DNA from: Podarcis vaucheri
Taxonomy: Eukaryota
Reading direction: 5' to 3' (one strand)
Assembly: GCA_965113315.1 (NCBI GenBank)
Contig: OZ220374.1
DNA length: 64,000 bases
Below, piece after piece: positions 12,501 through 24,000 of this stretch. Each line of letters starts with the position of its first letter. Positions within the stretch are counted from its first letter, which is position 1. The position numbers were made by a program, and so were the translations under genes. The notes under the pieces were generated by a model that saw only the letters and a list, made by a program, of their open reading frames with translations, was not told the DNA's origin and searched no databases.

Positions 12501-13357
12501 CGATGGGTTGGATTTGAATGTACATTTGATAAGTGTTTTCTTGCTTTTTTTAGACAGTTGCTGGGTATACAATTCCACCTGGTCATCAAGTTTGTGTATC
12601 TCCCACTGTCAATCAGAGACTTAAGGATTGTTGGACAGAAAATGTAGATTTCAAACCAGAGCGTTATCTCCAAGATAACCCCGCAGCTAAAGAGAAGTTT
12701 GCGTATGTGCCGTTTGGTGCTGGTAAGTTGGTTGTAGTAGATGTTCTCTAAATAAGGGATACAGTCATTGCCACCTTCAGTCATTTAAAAACAAACAAGC
12801 AAAAGACTTTAATTAAAAAAAATAATTTGCGGCATGGACACCTCTGTCGGTCCTCATGTTTTGAAAAGTAGAGTATCAGTGTCTCTAGCTAATCTCTTGA
12901 AAATGCAGGCACTTGGCTAATAAACAGTAACTGAGGATCCAACAGGTTAAAGGCCTATCCCACAGCAACCCGTTTTTGTTCCCATGAAGCAGACCTTGTT
13001 ACCCCCGCATGGGTGGGTTTTGTTCGCAGGCATCCAGTTTTGTGGCATCCTGTGGCCCTTCAGCTCCCCCCCCCCGAATTTAGGATTGCTCCCTTATACA
13101 GATCTAATTTCTTGGTGGTACAAGAATGTTTGCAAACGTAAAATAAAGACCCTTTTAATTTTCTTTTAGGTCGTCATCGTTGTATTGGAGAGAACTTTGC
13201 TTATATTCAAATTAAGACAATTTGGTCAACGCTTCTGCGCTTGTATGAATTTGATTTGGTGGACGGTTATTTCCCTACCATAAATTATACAACTATGATC
13301 CATACAGCCACTAACCCTATCATTAGATACAAAAGGAGATCAAACAGCACAACATAG
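3223..13357 (+). CDS. CYP51A1: Lanosterol 14-alpha demethylase (CYP51A1), 10 exons, 502 aa
   Basis: Exons 3223-3384, 3893-3991, 5143-5319, 6327-6453, 7571-7745, 9149-9268, 9673-9868, 10764-10859, 12554-12722 and 13170-13357 sum to 1509 nt. All junctions GT-AG and in phase. Motifs [19 protein letters not shown] (I-helix), ETLR (K-helix), PERY, FGAGRHRCIG (heme Cys). Confidence 0.98.
3893..3991 (+). CDS. CYP51A1: CYP51A1 exon 2
   Basis: [33 protein letters not shown]; ag/gtgagt. Confidence 0.96.
5143..5319 (+). CDS. CYP51A1: CYP51A1 exon 3
   Basis: [19 protein letters not shown]...VAYDVPNP. Confidence 0.96.
5350..5609. mobile_element. Tc1/mariner (Tigger/pogo-like) MITE
   Basis: TA|CAGTGGTACCTC...GAGGTATGACTG|TA inverted termini with TA target site. 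Confidence 0.8.
5848..5983. mobile_element. hAT-type palindromic MITE
   Basis: CAAGCATAG...CTATGCCTG termini; perfect 8-bp TSD GTTTAACT at 5840-5847 and 5984-5991. Confidence 0.85.
6327..6453 (+). CDS. CYP51A1: CYP51A1 exon 4
   Basis: [19 protein letters not shown]...WGESGEK; gtaagt donor. Confidence 0.96.
7571..7745 (+). CDS. CYP51A1: CYP51A1 exon 5
   Basis: [23 protein letters not shown]...LPLPSFR. Confidence 0.96.
8399..8641. mobile_element. Tc1/mariner MITE
   Basis: TA|CAGTGGTACCTCGGGTTAC...GTAACCCGAGGTACCAC; internal CTTCAGGTTA sub-repeats. Confidence 0.85.
8688..8936. mobile_element. hAT non-autonomous element
   Basis: CAGGGGTCAGCAAACT...AGTTTGCCTACCCATG; 8-bp TSD ccttagcc/cattagcc. 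Confidence 0.8.
9149..9268 (+). CDS. CYP51A1: CYP51A1 exon 6
   Basis: [22 protein letters not shown]...LLDVTYK. Confidence 0.95.
9673..9868 (+). CDS. CYP51A1: CYP51A1 exon 7 (I-helix)
   Basis: [31 protein letters not shown]...LSYDQ. Confidence 0.96.
10376..10509 (+). mobile_element. tRNA-Lys(CTT)-derived SINE with CR1-type tail
   Basis: Head ctagctcagtcagtaaaagcatgtgactcttaatcttagggtcatgggttcaag resembles tRNA-Lys; tail ggtcccttccaac...attctatgattcta is CR1-like. Confidence 0.7.
10764..10859 (+). CDS. CYP51A1: CYP51A1 exon 8 (K-helix ExxR)
   Basis: [32 protein letters not shown]. Confidence 0.96.
12554..12722 (+). CDS. CYP51A1: CYP51A1 exon 9
   Basis: [23 protein letters not shown]...KFAYVPFGA(G). 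Confidence 0.96.
13170..13357 (+). CDS. CYP51A1: CYP51A1 exon 10 coding part (heme Cys, stop)
   Basis: [20 protein letters not shown]...[12 protein letters not shown]; TAG 13355-13357. Confidence 0.96.
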
Positions 13358-14403
13358 CTTCTTGCAGCTGAACTGCAGGGACATTTCTGTACAAGTTATG
13401 TGAAGACAGTTAAAAGAAGTGGCTGTTCCTAGCCTATAGTATTGTGAAGAAGTGTGGAAAGTTTGTGCTATTGGGAGTACTAAGTGGGGGGTTGGGAATG
13501 TTTGCTTTTTATGTTTCTATCATTTCTTACCCTGTACTTCTGATTCTGTAATGTGAATGTGTTCTAATATATGTGCCTTTTAAAAGAAAACTATTAATCT
13601 TTGGTAGGTTTAGAAATACAAACCACAGGTTTTTTAAATGTAAATGGATTAATGAGAATGTATTTTGGTTTCTTTAAAATGTTGGGATAAAAAAATAAGA
13701 TCCTGCTTCATTGACTCCAGTAGTTTCACTCTAAACTTGTAAAAAAACCTCGTCTAGTGGAATGCTGATTAAGCCAAAGATGACTAATCATGAGAGCTGT
13801 AGATCATAGATGTTATTATTTTCCAGAGGTGACTTTCTGCCTGTGGCAAAGATCCACTTGCAAAGCACTGGATGCAACCCTTTGTTTTTAAATTGGGCAA
13901 TGCCAAAATGACACCTTTAATGTAATTTACAGTTAGGCAATCGGGTTGAGATTAATATTTTAGATCTTTATCATATGTTACTAGCGCAGAACATTTTTAC
14001 TTACACGGTGTCTTATCTATAAAATGTTGGTGTGCAAGCAGTTTTGGAAGAAAGCAGAAGGCTCTCATGGGTGTAGTGCCCTCAGTATGGACTGGGAGCA
14101 GAATAGAGGAATAACCAGGTGACTTGTTCACACCTGAGAATCAGACATTCTCCCCCTTCCCCATTTCTCACAAATACACAAGCAACTCCCCATATTCTAT
14201 TTGTGCATGATTGTGCACACACAAGCTGGGCGGGCAGCTTATGTGTAGGGAAGACGCTTCCCCTCCGACTCACGAGGAGACCACTGGGGCAGGTCTCCTG
14301 AGCAAGGACGACTCTCCAGGGTGTTTTCCATTTTGCACATTTTCATGTATGCATGTGGGGGCCCGGAACATAACCCCCGTGTAAATGGGGAACCACCTGT
14401 AAC

Positions 14404-14409
14404 AATAAA
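14404..14409 (+). terminator. Candidate CYP51A1 poly(A) signal (second AATAAA at 14489-14494)
   Basis: First canonical AATAAA I found after the CYP51A1 stop codon. Confidence 0.45.
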
Positions 14410-14532
14410 AATGTTGTAGCGCCTTAAAAACAGTCTTATTGTAGCTAGTCAGAAGAATGGTTTTTTTCCAGCAGACATAAAGTTTCAAAATAAATTTTGA
14501 ACACAAGTCACATTTAAAAGGATGAAATCATC

Positions 14533-14538
14533 TTTATT
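14533..14538 (-). terminator. Candidate AKAP9 poly(A) signal
   Basis: TTTATT on + is AATAAA on -, about 495 nt past the AKAP9 stop; U-rich sequence follows on -. Confidence 0.55.
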
Positions 14539-15031
14539 TCAGTACTTTGACAAAATACCCATAAAATTCAAAACTTCTACCTTTACAAAAATAGGTCTCT
14601 ACGGGTGATATTTTTTCTCTGCAGTGCCAGTAGCAAATAGGATAAAATCATGAAAAGTCCTTCACTTATAGCCTCATCAGAAACTGTTGTGCACACTTGG
14701 GAGCTACACACTCGGCAATCTCAAGACATAAACATTTCAACCTCTCAAACTGCCTGATAAATACACTTTAAATAATTTAATTGTTTAAATTAGCATTCCA
14801 CAAATATACATGAAATTTAATGATCGGTTTCAAATGTCCACAAAAAGTGCCTATATACATAAGTTCCAGTCTTGGTGAAGATGCCAGCATGGTGAACTGC
14901 ATACAATCATTGAGCTGTGTTCATGTTGGTCCCACAATATACACATACGAAAAGCACAGCAGCAGCAGCAGCAGAGTTGCAAAAGGCATTTCATCTGATA
15001 TCACTACCAGCGGTGAAAAAGGTCACAAGGA

Positions 15032-15075
15032 TTATCTTCTGATACCAGAATGCAGTTGAGTGTGTGAAGCAGGTG
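15032..15075 (-). CDS. AKAP9: AKAP9 last exon coding part
   Basis: cccacag|(A)PASHTQLHSGIRR*. Confidence 0.85.
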
Positions 15076-18000
15076 CTGTGGGCCAAAATGAAACACATTA
15101 GTGGGTGGTGGTGGTGCGGCTTTGACAATAACAGACTTCCTGAAATTAACACAATGATCGATGTGAACAGCAGTTCTTTACAGAAATACACACTGGAACG
15201 CAATAATTTCAAAAGAGCAACGTTTACCTGACTGTACACTGCCAAGCCGCCTCTGCAGAGCCTCCAGGCGGTTGATATAATCTGTTAAAGCCCTGTCAGG
15301 ATCATAATTCTGCAGCTGAGAACATGCGAGGGAGACTGGGCTTAAATCGGTGTGGATGCCCTGGTACCTTAGAATGGAGAGAGAAGCAACAAAAGAGGTC
15401 AGTTGCTGTAAAGTGCTTTCAGGTTGTAGAATGCGACAAATACTGCAAAATAAGCAAAACTCTGTTCATGATTACTGAATCATATGAAGATATGATACAG
15501 AAGACATGTTACAGAAACTACGCCAAACAAGTGCAGCGGGTATGTCAATATACAATCCTCAGGCATTTATGCTGATCCTTCTGTAAAAGCCGTAATAACT
15601 TCCCTGCTGGCTGTGAAGCACAAGGCACTCTGACGATGCTATGTAAACTAATGAGAGTACAAGAGGGCAGCTCCCTCCCCAAGGAGCTTCCAATCTAAAA
15701 TTTGACACGGAGTATTAGGTTGATCAGATCAAAGGTCCAACTAGCCAGCCATCCCATTTCCAACTGTAGCCAATGACATGCCACCGGGAAGTCCATAAGC
15801 AGGACGCAAAGGTCAACGCTGCCTTCCCACACCCAGCATCTGGTACTGAAAATGTGCACAGCCTTTTATGGGGTGTGTAGATTCCATTTATGAATTTGTC
15901 TGTTCCCTTTTAAAAGCTATGGAAGTCACTGGCCCTTGCCACAGTAGTATGTGGTAGGTAAATCCATTCATTGATTATGTGGTGCAAGGGAGCATATGTT
16001 CAATTGCCCCGATTCTACTACCAATACATTTTGTTGGTTGAAACCCCCCACCCAGTTCTAGTGTTTGAGAAGGGGACATGCATTTTCGGCATTTTTTCTC
16101 CTTGTAAGCCAGTATTCATGCCTAAGGAATGGCTTCCTTGGTCAAGTCAGGGTCCAGCACTCCGTTTCCAGCAAAGTTCACAAAACATGGCATAAAGATG
16201 ACAGCCTCTCTTAGCTTGTTTTGTCCCCAGTACCTCTGAAAATAGAAACTACATGCTAATTTGCTTCAGCAGCCCATCACAGACATGCAAGTAAAGAACA
16301 AACACTGATACTTACCTATGCTGATAGCTTAGAGGAGATCTAAGTGATTCCAGCTCTGATCTAGATCTGTAAGATGAATGCCTATGTTCTCCAAAGAGCT
16401 CCAGACCACCAGGGAAGGAATCAGGTCGCAGGTCATTACCTATGTAAACAAACAAATTAACTTTCTGCTAAAGAGAAGCAGCAAATTAAAGACTCCCATT
16501 TCTGCACACCAGCAGCATTTAATGAACTTGTTTCTTGTAGCTTATGGGTGAAAAACACTGAAACGGGTGGCCTTGTTTACAAATCATGCTGTCACCATTC
16601 AAGCCTATGCTGCAGCCATGAGGGCTTAGAAGTATCACCTTAAACCCGCAAAGTTTTGTTTAATTTACAACCCAGAAGCTGAGCTTTTCCAAAGAGGTCA
16701 AAGTATAATTTCTGGGCTTTGCTTGCTGGTTCTGAGCATTCAAATATAGTGTTCAAAACTCTCTTCTTAAATCAACACTGGACTCTTTTCACAAAATACA
16801 GAAATTTGAGTGTCAGGATAATCTCCAATAATTCTTCTTTTCATGCTACATGATTGCATTTTATTGCCTATTTAAAGCCACAATGTCTGGTTTTGCAAGT
16901 TAGAAGAAAAGCATAGGCCAGTTAAATATCTAGTAGTGCAGAAGACAAACCTCTGATGGTCACAGAATAGTAGACGAAAGCAAATACTATAGGCACTTGT
17001 TTAAGTTTGCTTAAGCACTAAGCTCTGACTACAATGGAATCAAAGTATGCGGCACTTTGTGGAGATAGTATTGAGGGCTCTGATACCTCATCAGCTTCCC
17101 CATCCACTGTGTGAATGTGTGACTTGGCTCGGGTTTGTATTCTCAGCACAGAATTTCAAAAACGTGCTACTTTGCATCTTTTTATTTCCTCTCTCTCCAA
17201 AAGATGGCCATGGTAACACTGGCGTGATCACTTTAAGATCACCTGAGAACCACCAACAAATGATTTCAAGAAAGCTATCCTTATATATGCATAACAGACA
17301 TACACACACTCTTCTCTGGATGGGGGAAAATGTCCCTCAAAAACCAAATCATTGGAAAAGTTTATCTCATCGCTAAACTTAAAAAAGGAGACACTTGTGT
17401 CTAGGACTACCAGACCTTAAAAGGGAATCTGTCAAAAATTATTTACCTGTGTTCTGGCTAAAACCATCTCTGTTGATGCCTGTTAAACTATAACCAGTTA
17501 CTCGGTGCCATCGACGAACTAGAAACTTCATTCTGCAATTTGAAAATGAACAAAGAAAGACTTGTCTAAACATTTCTGATGCAAACAACAGGATTAGAAT
17601 TCTCCATAGATACATGAAACAGTCTTACATAGCCAATGTCTAAATCAGCTAATGCAACTTTCTGGGCAGAGCAAACCAATGGCAGTGGGAAAGAAGTGCC
17701 AAATCTGGAGCGCTGTCAATCTCATGCCACCCAGGGTCAAAGGGAGGGGGGGTTGTGCTTTCACTTATCAGGAGAGCTGAGGATTCAAAGCCGCCTCTTG
17801 GCCTGTCTCCCTGATCAGCTTTGGAGAAGAGACAGCCACAAAGGTTCCTGCAGCCACAATGAAGAGGCCTCCAGGAATGGAGTTCCTTCTCTGCTTTCAG
17901 AGAAAGATCATAGGTCCCTCGGGATGAACTTCCAGGGACCACAGCACTGCACCCCAACACTGCTTTTGTAATACATTTTTAAAATAATGTAGGCTTGTTT

Positions 18001-21000
18001 TTTGTGAATATAAACATAGATAAACTAAATAATAAGTTGTACAATTAGTGACATTCAGGAGAGAAAAATGAATCATGTTTTCTTAGGTACTGCAAGTAGA
18101 ACACATGCCATAGAATCTCTTGATTTGTTTTCTGTCCATGAAGCGTAACTTTGCAGTGACACAGGGGCTCAGATTTAAATGGCGTGGACGCCTACTTTCA
18201 TCATTTAATTTATTTACACATGCAGGTCATGTATTTAGTTCACTTATACAAAACAAATGTCCTGTATCATACCTTGAAATTGCGATTAATACTCTAACTG
18301 CTGAGCGGAACCGAGTGAAACTCTTTGAACGACGGGTGATCCCCTCTAGGTCTGTGTAGGAAGGCTGCCCACCCATTCTGGCAAGGAGGGATAAGGTGGC
18401 ATCTTCACACTCCTGAAACCCGCCCAATAAAAGCAGCAAATATTTCTTCTGGTATATGAGCGCCTTCCGAAAGCTCTCTGCTCTCAGATATCTGCCATAA
18501 ATTCTCTAGAAAGGAAAGGAAATAAAATAACACTCTTTGTCATGTCTGATGTCCGAATGGAGGTCATTCTTTCCACCTATTCTAGGCCAGGAATGGGGAA
18601 TTTTGTTGGACTACAACTCTCACCAGCCCCAGCCAGTATGGCCAATGGATGGAGATGATAGGAGTTGCGGTGCAGCAATCTCTGGAGGGCCACAGCTTCC
18701 CCAGCCCTGTCCACTACCCATGCGGCTCCTGAAGTTCGTATTGCAGTTTGAGGAGCTGCAACTTCAACCTTAACTGGCAAAGCGAAAAGGCTCCACTTGA
18801 ATGCAGGATCTTGTTCCTCTGAACTTCAACCAAGTGCAGAATGGCCTTTTCCTTTCATTTATCCAAAGGAAAAATCAGAAGAAAAACAAAAGAAAGGAAA
18901 GGAAAGGAAAGGAAAAAGAATTTGGATGTGATATCCCGCTTTATCACTACCCTAAGGAGTCTCAAAGCAGCTAACATTCTCCTTTCCCTTCCTCCCCCAC
19001 AACAAACACTCTGTGAGGTGAGTGGGGCTGAGAGACTTCAGAGAAGTGTGACTGACCCAAGGTCACCCAGCAGCTGCATGTGGAGGAGCGGAGACGCGAA
19101 CCCGGTTCACCAGATTACGAGACTACCGCTCTTGCAGACTAGGATGTGACAGGCCAGGGCTCAAATCTCCACTCAGCCTTGAATCGAGTTTGGGCCAGTC
19201 ACAGTCTGTCAGCCTAAGCTACCACACAGAGTTGTTACAAGGATAAAATGGTGAGTGAGAGAATGATGAAGGCCACCTTGAGCTTCGTGGAGAAAAGGTG
19301 GGATATAAATGCAATAATAAGCATTTTGCCTCAGATTAATGCAGGAAGAAAAAATCAAGTAATATTCTTAACAATAGAACAAAATGTCCAAACAGCAGGT
19401 GATGAAAGGCCTCTTACCTTTAAAGCAGCATTTTCTGAATCTGACCCCAGTTCTCTCAGAAAAGCCTCATTCCTTAATTCTGCCCTCAGTTTGGCCAGCT
19501 CTGCTTCGGCCTGCTTCAGGGACTGTTGCAGAATCCATTTCTCTTTGTTCCAGAGCTCTCTTTCAGAAGCAAGGAGAGTATCAACACTTCCTCCATTGTT
19601 CAGCGACAGTCTGAAAGCCTTGTGAAATTTCAGAAGAAATGCAGAATTAAGTCCACCGGTACCAACAAGGCAAACACCAATTTCAGGGGAGGCATCTTCC
19701 TCAGGTCTAGGAGGGGAGTAAAAGTTTAAATCTCCCCTCCAGCAAAAGACAGTAGCTCGGTGGTACAGCATCTTGCTTTGTGTGCAAAAAAAGTCTGAAG
19801 CTCAATCCCCCAGCATCTCCAGGTAGGGCAGGGAAAGAACCCTGCCTGAAATCCTGAAGGTATTGCCAGTAGGTATAGACAAAATTCATCAGCTATACAG
19901 ACCAACTGTCTGACTCAGTATAGGGCAAGCTTCCTAAACCTGCTAGGATCCTAAACATTGTTTACCAGCCAGCTAATGAGTGCAGAGAGAATGCAAGAGA
20001 GCTCCTCAGCTGGTTGCTGTCAGTTGGTGCCCATTGAAACACAGCCAAGCAAGAGGTGGGTGGGGGAGAGAAAGCAGCCATTGTAAATGTTGATCCGGTT
20101 CATTTCCATGGACCTTGTTGCCCGAGACAAGGCAGAAGGGCTTCAAATCCTATAGGGGACTCTTAATGATACAGTCTGAGAAAGATAGGAGTATGGCCAG
20201 CTGCCAGACAGCAGAATATAGGAGACACAGGAGAAGTGGGAGAAGGTAAGGGCAGGGATGGTGAAGTTATTCAGTCCCAGCCATTGAGGGAACAAAGCTG
20301 GGTGCTATGCCCAGAGGTCAGGTAGCAACGGAAGGGAGTGACCTAGAGGAAGAGCTAACAGGCATCCCTGTGATGAGATGGGTCTTGATTCCAGTACGGC
20401 AGGGTTTCCCATACTTGGGTCTCCATCTGTTGTTGGACTACAACTCCCATCATCCCTAGCTAGCAGGTCAGGGATGATGGGAACTGTAGTCCAAAAACAG
20501 CTGGAGACCCAAATTTGGGAAAACATGTGTTTAAAAATGTGCAAGTTAACAGAAATGCACTCAGCTTAAGAGATGTATGACTCAGTCCATCTGGACGAGT
20601 ACTTAAGGTGAACTGAAGGACTATTTATATTCAAATTAGGTAGAAACATACCGAGTCTCCACACGGCCCTCTCTGCTGGTATCGTCTAAGCTCCTCCTCC
20701 AGTTTCATGACTGCATTTCTCAAATTGTTCTTCTCCTCGCTCAGTCTGCTGACAAACCCAGTTAATTCAGCATTCTGTTTTAGTAATCTTTCAGTCAATG
20801 AAGCAGAGGATGGCAAGTCTGAACTTATCTAGATAGAAAAACAAGTAGTTTTCAAGTAGATCAGTTTGGCTCCCAAGAATTTTTTTTAAAATGCTACAAG
20901 ATCAGGAAGAGTACCCACAATTGTTCTTTAAATCAACTTTGGAAAAACTTTCATGAAACAATGTAACAAAATAAAACAGATAAATATACCTATTTTATTA

Positions 21001-24000
21001 TTTTGCTAAATTTTGATCTCTTGGGAGCCACCTTGAGCTCCCCGTATTTAGCCAGAAAGGCAGGAAGAAATATTTTAAGTAAATTAATAGTAATTTTAAA
21101 TGGATAGAGTCCCATACTAGGGTAAACTGAGTTCCATCAGAATTCAACAGGACCTATGTCCACAGAACGATGTGTACAGAATTCACAGAAAATGTAGCAT
21201 GTTTTGAATACACACGTTAATTTATCAGGCATACATACTTATGACATTTTGTATCAGAAACGTCTTGAATAAGTGCTAATTTCTCTCACCTCTGCTTCCA
21301 GATTGGGCAAGCCAGACAGCATTTGTAACTGCAAGATAACTTCTTCAATGTTATTTTGTATTCCAACAAAGCCTTCATCATCTGCTTTTTCAAAAGGTAA
21401 TCTGGAATAAATAAAAACAACTGTTAATTTAGGTAGAGGTATAGGTATATAGGTATAAATGTAGTATAATGCAAGAACTGGTACCTAGTTTTCATTTCTG
21501 TAGTCTAGCTTTCAGAATTCTTTAACATAAAAGTAATACAAAGTAATTGCAAATCTAAACTGTGGCTAAGCGCTATGGCATATTCATGGTCTACATCACT
21601 GTCCTGAAGATTTAAACTTTTATTCAAGAATTTATGTCATTTTCTCCTGGAAAGCTGTTATTTAACTTATACCAGGGGTGTCCAAACTTTTTTCAAAGAG
21701 GGCCAGATTTGATGAAGTGAACAAGTGTGAGGGCCAACCAAAGTTGTTGAGCTTTTCTTAGGTTTTACCCCAGGAGATTGCCACAGGGACCAAATTAAAC
21801 CAACCGGTGGGCTGGATTAGGCCCCCGAAACGGACTTTGGACATGCCTGACTTATACCATATATAAAAAAAGGATAAAGGACCCCTGGAAGGTTAAGTCC
21901 AGTCAATGGTGACAATGAGGTTGTGGCACTCATCTTGCTTTCAGGCCAAGGGAGCAGACAGCTTTCTGGGTCATGTGGCCAGCATGACTAAACCGTTTCT
22001 GGCACAACGGAACATCGTGACAGAAACTAGAGCGCACGGAAACACTGTTTACCTTCCTACCACAACAGTTCCTATCTACTTGTACTAGCATGCTTTCGAA
22101 CTGCGAGGTTGGCAGGAGCTGGGACAGAGCAACAGGAGCTCGCTCCACTGTAGGGATACGAACTGCCAACCTTCCAATCAGCAAGCCCAAGAGGCTCAGT
22201 GGTTTAGACCACAGCGTCACCTGTGTCCCATTCCTGGTTTTGATCCCCATCATCTCTAGTTAAAGCATATGGGACAGCAACACAGGATATGATTTCTGAA
22301 TGAGGTCCAGAGAGTCACTGCCTGCCATGGTAAACCTCCCTGGGCTACAAGGACCCATAATGGTCTGCTTCTGCACAAACCGCTTCAACTCAGGCAGTTT
22401 ATTTGGGACATCACGAAAGGGAAGAAAACTGTTACTTTTAAAGTTATTACACCTGGAATTTAGTGGCACAAGTCCGTTTGACTTCCAAAAACGTTCAAAA
22501 ACCAAAGTGCGGCTTCTGATTGGCTGCAAGAGCTTCCTGCACTCAACCGGAAGTTGCGGGAGCCACTCGGACATCAGGGTTCCAAAGAATGTTCGCAAAC
22601 CAGAACACTCACTTTCAGGTTTGTGGCGTTCGGGAGCCAAAACGTTTGACTCGCAAGGCATTTGTGAACCAAAGCATGACTGTATTTAGCTAAGTTGTAC
22701 TCAAAGGAGATCTATTGAAACTAATGGACCCAACTTAGTCATGTTTATTTATTTCAGTGGGACTCCTGTGAATAAAATGTACGACTCTGTGCATCTTGGG
22801 ATGGGCTGCTCCACCTCAGTCAACAAAATATTTTACCTCCTCGTATTTAAGCAGGCGATTCATACATTTTGGCATTGGTAGGTAGCCAAAGTTTACATTC
22901 AGAATGACCTAACCCCAAAAGGATAGCACTTTTCTGATGTCAATCAGAAAAGCACGTTATCTCCTTCTGAAGCAAGGGGAGGATCTTTGTCGCAAAGTGA
23001 ACACAGTCAATTAAATTCCACAACCCCCAAAGTGTGGCACGCTGCTAATATAAAAGAGCCGACCACCTTAACAATAAAAGGGTAAGCTGAGTCATTGGTT
23101 TCAGAACATCCAGTTATTGTCAGTAGTAAGAAATCACTCTAACCTTTGGGCAGCTTTGTTAGCCAGATGTTTCAATGTGGAAGACACACTTATAAGCTTC
23201 TGTCCAATCATCTGCAGATCTTGAGATTCCTTGGTAGCATCTCCTATGCCAACTAGGGCAGAATAGGACAATTCTTTTGTTTCAACTCCTCCAATTTTCT
23301 GCTGGAAAACCCACTTTCTGGTTCGCTCATTAGATGTATCCCTAGTAGTCTGTACATGCAAGTGTGGGGGGAAAGATTGAATTTCCTTATTTAGTACAAA
23401 ATCCTATTACTGAATTAAATGAAAGGACTGATAGGACTATCTTAGACATGTAACATTAAAATATACAAATGGTGATTTCATTTAAATAAAGGCTGCATTA
23501 AAAAAAACCAACCCAACTATTTGTAGCTTCAAGCTGCATTCTTCATGATGCAAGGCTATTTAGAAAATAATTTTCAAATAGGTATACAACATGTACAAGG
23601 ACATGTACAAGCCACTGTATAACTGGCTTAGATGAAGTTAAGCACCTCACAAACTTTTAGGTGCTGTTTTTAAAAACGATCCTACTTATTTTTGAGCTAT
23701 TGTTATCTGTAACTGTTGCTGGTTTTTATTGGTCTTTTCTTTCCCCCTTTTTAGTAGATTTAAACTTCTTGTAAGCTGCCCTGAGCACAGTGGAAGGGCA
23801 GAGCATGAATTATCTTAATGAAATTTATTAGCATTCGCAATAGCAATTTTTGACAAATGCTAGGAGATCTTAATGAAATACCTAAAATTTTGCTTTCATT
23901 GTCCTTCATTCCCCCTAATGAAAAGCAATTTTGATTCATGCAGTTAAGACTCAATGATCTAGAGATTACCAATTTTATCGGGCAATTAAAATCACTTGCA

